Source of the DNA: Candidatus Eiseniibacteriota bacterium
GTDB lineage: Bacteria; Eisenbacteria; RBG-16-71-46; CAZAMP01
Assembly: GCA_965224245.1 (NCBI GenBank)
Contig: OZ245046.1
Location: forward strand, 5,632,001 to 5,696,000
Length of the DNA: 64,000 nt
Direction: 5' to 3'
The notes beneath the pieces are model-generated. The model saw only the letters and a program-made list of their open reading frames with translations. It did not search any database and was not told the origin of the DNA. The translations under genes were made by a program, and so were the position numbers. Shown piece by piece: positions 58,499 to 64,000 of the stretch. Within the stretch, counting starts at the first letter, position 1, and every line of letters begins with the position of its first letter.

Positions 58499-59106
58499 CC
58501 GCGATGGCGAGGGGCCCGTCTCGCGTCCGGTCACCGCGCGGTCCTCGCGGCTTCTCCAACGTCATCGCGTTCGACGACGCGCCGTTCGATCGCACGCACC
58601 GCGGCGACGTGCCCGTGGTCGGCGCGGTGTTCGCGGAGACCCGGCTGGACGGCGTCGTGGTCACGCGCGTGCGCCGCGACGGCGCCAACGCCGCGCAACG
58701 GCTGGCCGAGGCGCTCGTGGACTCCCGGTTTCACGAGCACGTGCAGCTGATCCTGCTCCAGGGGGTCGCGATGGCCGGGTTCAACGTGGTCGACGTGCCG
58801 GATCTCGCGGAGCGGACGGGACGGCCCGTGCTCGTGGTCGCGCGCCGGGCCCCGGACCTCGATGCGATCCGGCGCGCGCTCCTCGGGAGCGTGCGCGGGG
58901 GACGTCGGAAGTGGGCGCTCATCGAACGGCTGGGGCCGATGGAGCCGATGGGGTCGGTGTACGTGCAGCGGGCGGGTATCGACGCCACCGACGCCCGCGT
59001 GACGCTCGATCGGCTGACGGTTCACGGGTCGATCCCCGAGCCCATCCGCGTGGCGCACGTGCTGGTCGGCGCGTGGGGGGAGGGGCGCAGCCGGGGGCGA
59101 GCCTAG
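58495..59106 (+). CDS. DUF99 family protein (endonuclease V-like)
   Basis: AFDDAPF, RRDGANA, GVAMAGFNVVD, IPEPIRVAH. Confidence 0.85.
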   Translation: MTAMARGPSRVRSPRGPRGFSNVIAFDDAPFDRTHRGDVPVVGAVFAETRLDGVVVTRVRRDGANAAQRLAEALVDSRFHEHVQLILLQGVAMAGFNVVDVPDLAERTGRPVLVVARRAPDLDAIRRALLGSVRGGRRKWALIERLGPMEPMGSVYVQRAGIDATDARVTLDRLTVHGSIPEPIRVAHVLVGAWGEGRSRGRA

Positions 59107-59121
59107 ACGGAAGCGAGTCCG

Positions 59122-59826
59122 TCAGTACATCTCCTTGACGCGGCTCCAGGACGCCGATTCGACCGGCACCACCGGATCGCCCCGGAGTCGGAACGCCGAC
59201 TCGTACGGAATCCCGAACACCGACGTGTGCGGCACCCAGTCGGCGAAGCCGAAGAACGCAGACTGGAACGCGCCCTCGAGCCCGTTTCCGGAGCCGGTGG
59301 CCTGACCGTACTGGGGATTGATGCACCCCTGCGACCGGCAGGCCAGCCAGTAGCGCTTGCCGATCTCCCCCTCGAACGGCGTGTCGAGGAGAATGCAGTA
59401 GCGGTTCTTGTTGAAGTCGGGATCGCGGAACTCGTGATACTCGGTGTCGATCTCCTCGTACGCGACCGAGCCCGGTGCGCCGGCGTCGTCGGTGTAGATC
59501 CGGATCCGGAAGTTGTCCGGCGGGATCGGCGAGCCGCACCAGTAGACGCCCCACCACTCCACGGCCACCACCGTCGAGCCGTCGTACGTGAAGTCGTCCG
59601 CGACCTCCGACTCGAACGGGTAGCACGGGTCGTACTGCGAGGAGAGCCCCGACTGATCGTCGGGAACCTGCTCCCACACGATCTCGTACGGGCAGTCGAA
59701 CTCGTCACCCCCGGGAGCGATCATCCACTCGTCGCTGCCGGGCAACAGGTGTCCCTGAGCACCGGCGGAGCCGACGATGCCGGGCACGATACATGTCAGC
59801 ACGCACAGCAAGAGCGGAAGCCGCAT
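59122..59826 (-). CDS. Secreted protein with C-terminal 'VESASWSRVKEMY' tail
   Basis: Signal peptide, EVADDF domain, several Cys, terminal SWxxVKxxY motif. Confidence 0.7.
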   Translation of the reverse strand: MRLPLLLCVLTCIVPGIVGSAGAQGHLLPGSDEWMIAPGGDEFDCPYEIVWEQVPDDQSGLSSQYDPCYPFESEVADDFTYDGSTVVAVEWWGVYWCGSPIPPDNFRIRIYTDDAGAPGSVAYEEIDTEYHEFRDPDFNKNRYCILLDTPFEGEIGKRYWLACRSQGCINPQYGQATGSGNGLEGAFQSAFFGFADWVPHTSVFGIPYESAFRLRGDPVVPVESASWSRVKEMY

Positions 59827-60013
59827 CGCCGTCTCCTTCTCGAAAGCGGGTTTTTCGGGGCGTCGGACGGCATTCTAGCAGAATCGTCGCCGGGGACGCG
59901 GCGCGATTCAAGACGGGGCTGCGCGAGCAGGATCGGTTCCAACCCCGGCCCCGATCGGCGCGTCCAAGCCCTTGGAGAGTCGACTCGCATCCAGCGCCAT
60001 GAGGAGGATCACC

Positions 60014-61690
60014 ATGCCGCCCGTCGCCCTGCTCGGTGAAGTCGCCAAGACGCTGCCGCGCGCGACGCTGCTCGCGCTCCTGACGGCGGTGCTCGTCGCG
60101 ACCGGGGCCGTCGCCCACGATCTGGAGGACACGCGGCGGGCGGCCACCGACGCGTACGACCGCGGGGACTACGCCGAGAGCGCGTCACTCTTCGAGGAGG
60201 CGATCGCCCAGGGCGCACGCGATTCCACCACGCCGTACAACGGCGCCTGCGCGTTCGCTCTCGCCGGTCGCACCGGCGACGCGCTTCGGATGCTCGATCT
60301 CGCGGTGAGGCGGGGCTTTCGCAACCTCGAGCTCATTACGACCGACTCCGACCTGGCGCTCCTTCGGGACGACCCCGCGTGGCCGGACGTCGTGGGCGGG
60401 GCAGAGGCCAACGCGAGGGCCCACGATCGCCTCTGGAACAGCCCCGCCCTGGCCACGCCGTACGCAGAGAACCTGACTGCGGTGCAGAAGATCGCCGGCC
60501 TGTCGCGCCTGTGGTCCGAGGTCCGGTTCAACTTCGTCAACTTCGATCTCGTCCCGTCGCTCGACTGGGACTCGCTGTATGTGGACGCACTGGGATCCAT
60601 CCAGGAGACGCCGTCCACGGCGGCGTACTACCGGCGCCTCCAGCGTCTGGTGGCCGCGCTCCGGGACGGCCACAGCAACGTGTATCCGCCGAGGGAGCTG
60701 AGCGCTCGGTTCTACGCGCGTCCGCCGCTCCGGACACGCCTCGTCGGCGACGCGGTGCTGGTGATCGACGTCTACGATGACGCGCTGGCGGCCGACGGCG
60801 TGAGCGTCGGGGACGAGCTCGTGGCGATCGACGGGGTCCCGGTCGAGACGTACGCGCTGGAGCGCGTGCGCCCCCATCAGTGTGCGTCCACGCCGCAGGA
60901 TCTGGACGCGCGGACCTACGAGAGGGCGCTCCTCCAGGGGCCCGCGAACGAGTCGATCGAGCTCACCCTGGTCGGGGCCGACGGCGAGCGCCGGGTGCGG
61001 TCCGTCACACGCCTCTTCGGCGCGGACTATCGGAAGCTCGTCCCGCCCCGCCCGCCGATCACGATCGAGCGGCTGGACGGCAACGTGGCCTACGTGGCGC
61101 TGAACACGTTCCAGGACCCCGAGGCGGCCGACGCGTTCGAGGCCGCGTTCGACGAGATCGCGACCGCGGATGCCCTGATCCTGGACGTGCGCGAGAACGG
61201 CGGCGGCAACAGCAGCATCGGCTGGCGCGTGCTCGCATGCCTGACCGACGGCGGGGTCCCCACCTCTGGATGGTTCACCCGAAGCTACCGTCCGGCCTAT
61301 CGCGCCTGGAATCGCGCCGAGGAGACCTACGGCGTGGATTCGGACACTTTCACCCAGGACGAGGATCGAGTCTTCGACAAGCCGTGCGCGATCCTGATCG
61401 GCCCCCGCACGTTCTCGGCGGCCGAGGACTTCGCGGTGTCGTTCGACATCATGGGGCGCGGTGCGATCATCGGCGAGCCCACCGGCGGCAGCACCGGTCA
61501 GCCGCTGTCGGTCGTGCTGCCCGGCGGGGGATCGGCCAGGATCTGCACGAAGCGGGACTTCTATCCCGACGGCCGGCAGTTCGTCGGCGTCGGCGTGCAG
61601 CCCACCATCCCGTGTCACCAGTCGATCGAAGACGTGCGCGCAGGTCGCGATCGCGCGCTCGAGGTCGCGCTGGCGCACCTCACCGATTGA
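60014..61690 (+). CDS. S41 family peptidase with N-terminal TPR and PDZ-like region
   Basis: RBS gaggagg; YNGACAFALAG TPR; LRDGHS; ILDVRENGGG; TFSAAEDF; IGEPTGG; GVQP. Confidence 0.9.
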   Translation: MPPVALLGEVAKTLPRATLLALLTAVLVATGAVAHDLEDTRRAATDAYDRGDYAESASLFEEAIAQGARDSTTPYNGACAFALAGRTGDALRMLDLAVRRGFRNLELITTDSDLALLRDDPAWPDVVGGAEANARAHDRLWNSPALATPYAENLTAVQKIAGLSRLWSEVRFNFVNFDLVPSLDWDSLYVDALGSIQETPSTAAYYRRLQRLVAALRDGHSNVYPPRELSARFYARPPLRTRLVGDAVLVIDVYDDALAADGVSVGDELVAIDGVPVETYALERVRPHQCASTPQDLDARTYERALLQGPANESIELTLVGADGERRVRSVTRLFGADYRKLVPPRPPITIERLDGNVAYVALNTFQDPEAADAFEAAFDEIATADALILDVRENGGGNSSIGWRVLACLTDGGVPTSGWFTRSYRPAYRAWNRAEETYGVDSDTFTQDEDRVFDKPCAILIGPRTFSAAEDFAVSFDIMGRGAIIGEPTGGSTGQPLSVVLPGGGSARICTKRDFYPDGRQFVGVGVQPTIPCHQSIEDVRAGRDRALEVALAHLTD

Positions 61691-61758
61691 TCGTCGGACG
61701 GTCGTGTCCCGCTGCCGGGGAATCGCACCGCCGAGAAGCCCGATCCCGACGCGCGTCG

Positions 61759-62304
61759 CTACCCGTTGCCCGCGACGGCGGCCGCGATCCGGTCGATCTG
61801 CCGGCAGTGTACGATGTCGTGGGCGGCGAGGAGCTTCACGATGAGCCGCACGCTCTCGGGGCCGCGCTCGTCGTGGTGTCCCACGCGATCCAGCTCGGCA
61901 TCCGACAGGGCCTGCACGAAGCGCAGGTTCCGGCGGCGCATGAACGAGAGCTCCTCGAGGGTGTCGCCGACGTCGCCGAGCTCGGAGTGGAGCCGTGTCG
62001 CGAAGTGATCCTGATCGTACCCGACGAGTGCGGGCTCGTCCTCGGCGACCACCAGCCGCATCCGGTAGCCGTAGACCATCTCGCTGTCGGCCAGATGCTC
62101 GATGACCTGTCGGATCGACCACTTCCCCTCGGCCTCGGGGCGTGCGATCGCATCGTCGGAGAGCGCGGACAGGCGCCCCGCCAGCCCGGCCATCAACGAT
62201 CGCAGCACCACCAGGGGATCGCGATCGCCCAGAAGATCGAGGAGCGCGCGGGTGTAGGCCGCCGAAGACCCCCTGGCCATCTCGGCCGGGTTCGAGAACG
62301 TCAT
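61759..62304 (-). CDS. DinB family protein
   Basis: KWSIRQVIEHLADSE, YDQD, HDIVH. Confidence 0.85.
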   Translation of the reverse strand: MTFSNPAEMARGSSAAYTRALLDLLGDRDPLVVLRSLMAGLAGRLSALSDDAIARPEAEGKWSIRQVIEHLADSEMVYGYRMRLVVAEDEPALVGYDQDHFATRLHSELGDVGDTLEELSFMRRRNLRFVQALSDAELDRVGHHDERGPESVRLIVKLLAAHDIVHCRQIDRIAAAVAGNG

Positions 62305-62320
62305 GGGACCCTCCGATTGC

Positions 62321-63121
62321 TCAAGGGATGGTCTGGTATACCCGGCGCGCCGGCACCGACACGACACGATCCTCGTCCACGAGCCACGCGCTGAGCGCGC
62401 CGCCCCACACGCAGCCGGTGTCGAGACCGACCACCCGCTCGGTTCGCACCAGGCCGCGCATGGCCCAGTGCCCGAACACGACGCGCGTCGCGCCACGATA
62501 CCACGCGTCCCAGGGCGCGAAGCCGTCCGGGGGGTCGACGTCGTCGTGGGGGCGGACTCCCGAGGCCGAGCAATGCCGGACGCGGGTGAAGAATGCGAGG
62601 TCCTCGTCGTCCCAGGGAACGTCGCCGCGACGGATGCGGGTCTCGAGCCGTCGCGCGGCGATGCCAGCTCGCGAGGCACTCGCGGCGCCCGTCCCGTGCG
62701 ACGCACCGTCGGCGTTCGACAGGCCGCCCGCGTCGGTCCAGGCCGGGTGCAGCCCCGCGTGCACGAGGACCAGATCCGGCCACGTCTGGAGAAGGGGACG
62801 CGTCCGCAGCCAATCGAGAAGATCGTCTCGATCCGGGGCGCTCGAGAGCGCGTCGAGCGTGTCGCGACGCCTGGCGGCGCGATCTCCGGCGGCCACGCCG
62901 AGGGCGTGGAGGTCGTGATTGCCCAGGACCGAGCCGGCGTCGATCGCCACGGCGCGGCGGAGCACCTCCAGCGACGAGGGGCCGCGGTTGACGAGGTCGC
63001 CGGTGAACCAGATCTCGTGTCGTGCGGGGTCGTACGAGACCGACTCGAGGAGGGCGTCGAGCTCGTCGGCACAGCCGTGCACGTCGCCGACGATGAGGCG
63101 TTCTCGCTCGTACGGCGGCAC
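62321..63121 (-). CDS. apaH: Symmetrical bis(5'-nucleosyl)-tetraphosphatase
   Basis: GDVHGC, GDLVNRGPSS, LGNHD, VHAG, FGHWA, LDTGCVWGG. Confidence 0.9.
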   Translation of the reverse strand: MPPYERERLIVGDVHGCADELDALLESVSYDPARHEIWFTGDLVNRGPSSLEVLRRAVAIDAGSVLGNHDLHALGVAAGDRAARRRDTLDALSSAPDRDDLLDWLRTRPLLQTWPDLVLVHAGLHPAWTDAGGLSNADGASHGTGAASASRAGIAARRLETRIRRGDVPWDDEDLAFFTRVRHCSASGVRPHDDVDPPDGFAPWDAWYRGATRVVFGHWAMRGLVRTERVVGLDTGCVWGGALSAWLVDEDRVVSVPARRVYQTIP

Positions 63122-63132
63122 GGGCGCGTCCG

Positions 63133-63567
63133 TCAGCGTGGCGTCTCGAGCCGGCTCGGTCGCGTGAGGATGTAGCCCGCGACGACGGCCATGACCGCCG
63201 CGATGGACCCGGTCACCAGCCAGTTGCTCCCGGTGACCACCGTCAGCACGGCGAGTCCGATCGACATCGAGATCAGCGCGAGGATCTTGGCCCGCCGGGG
63301 AATCACCCGGTGCGTGGACCACGCCTGCAGCGGGGGACCGAACCGCGGATGCGTGTAGAGCCACCGATGCAGCCGGGGCGAGCTCTTCGAGTAGCACCAG
63401 AGCGCGGCGATCAGAAAGCACGTGGTGGGCACGATCGGTAGGATCGCGCCGATCACGGCGAGCCCCGTGAAGAGGAGACCGCCGGCCAGGTAGAGCATTC
63501 GCGCGGGCGAACGCGACCCGGTGGCGTCGTCGGCCGTGCGGTCGTGATCGCGGCGTGTCATGACCAT
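63133..63567 (-). CDS. ybaN: YbaN (DUF454) inner membrane protein
   Basis: LPIVPTTCFL, SSPRLHRWL..HPRFGP, IPRRAK. Confidence 0.88.
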   Translation of the reverse strand: MVMTRRDHDRTADDATGSRSPARMLYLAGGLLFTGLAVIGAILPIVPTTCFLIAALWCYSKSSPRLHRWLYTHPRFGPPLQAWSTHRVIPRRAKILALISMSIGLAVLTVVTGSNWLVTGSIAAVMAVVAGYILTRPSRLETPR

Positions 63568-63701
63568 GCGTTCCACCTCGATGCCGGGAGCTCCGTCAAC
63601 AGCCTGGGAGCATACCGCGTCGCTGCGCACCGTGTCACCGCCGGAGAGGTGACGCAGTCGGTAAGTTTCCTATTTTAAATGAGTTGTCGCCGTATCCCCG
63701 A

Positions 63702-64000
63702 TCACATCAGGCCCAGCTCGAGCTTCGCGGCCTCGGTCATCAGGTCGGGCGTCCACGGGGGATCCCACACGAGGCTCACGGTGGCGTCGGTGACGCCGTG
63801 CACGCCGCGGACCTTCTCCTCGACCTCGGGCGGGAGCGACTCGGCCACCGGGCATGCCGGTGACGTGAGCGTCATGTCCACCTGGACCCGCCCGTCCCCG
63901 GAGACCTTCACGCCGTAGATCAGCCCCAGGTCGTAGATGTTGACCGGGATCTCCGGGTCGTAGCACGTCTGGATCGCCTCGATCACGCGCGCCTCCAGCG
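63702..64000 (-). CDS. Fe-S cluster assembly protein, DUF59/SufT/PaaD-like (5' end outside the window)
   Basis: YDPEIPVNIYDLGLIY, MTLTSPACP, WDPPW. Confidence 0.92.
   Translation of the reverse strand, partial: LEARVIEAIQTCYDPEIPVNIYDLGLIYGVKVSGDGRVQVDMTLTSPACPVAESLPPEVEEKVRGVHGVTDATVSLVWDPPWTPDLMTEAAKLELGLM

Overview
A very GC-rich (~70%), gene-dense bacterial chromosomal segment with about 45 credible CDSs and no recognisable rRNA, tRNA, CRISPR array, transposase or integrase. Four secreted proteins carry C-terminal FlgD-Ig/T9SS-CTD-like tails and one ends in an 'SWxxVKxxY' tail, which suggests a high-GC FCB-superphylum relative such as Ca. Eisenbacteria, Krumholzibacteria or Latescibacteria (inference). 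Housekeeping and metabolic genes include mnmG, rarD, gcvP, mscS, a cyclophilin, gdhA, aceE, a TIGR03960/TIGR03936 radical-SAM pair, mtaB, apaH, ybaN and a sufT-like gene. The three most notable loci are: (1) an atypical chaperone-usher-like fimbrial locus at 31.6-38.9 kb, with two paralogous pilin-like subunits, a PapD-like chaperone, a convergent usher-like protein with SdrD-B-like repeats, and an embedded GT-C-like glycosyltransferase and orphan khpA; (2) an expanded MbnP/MbnH-type copper locus at 24.1-28.9 kb, with a tandem double-MbnP lipoprotein and a divergent MbnP/beta-helix fusion; (3) a ~190-250 nt multi-stem candidate ncRNA with its own terminator upstream of gcvP. All product calls come from visual motif recognition, not database searches. 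Most other ORFs in the six-frame track are GC-rich shadow ORFs.
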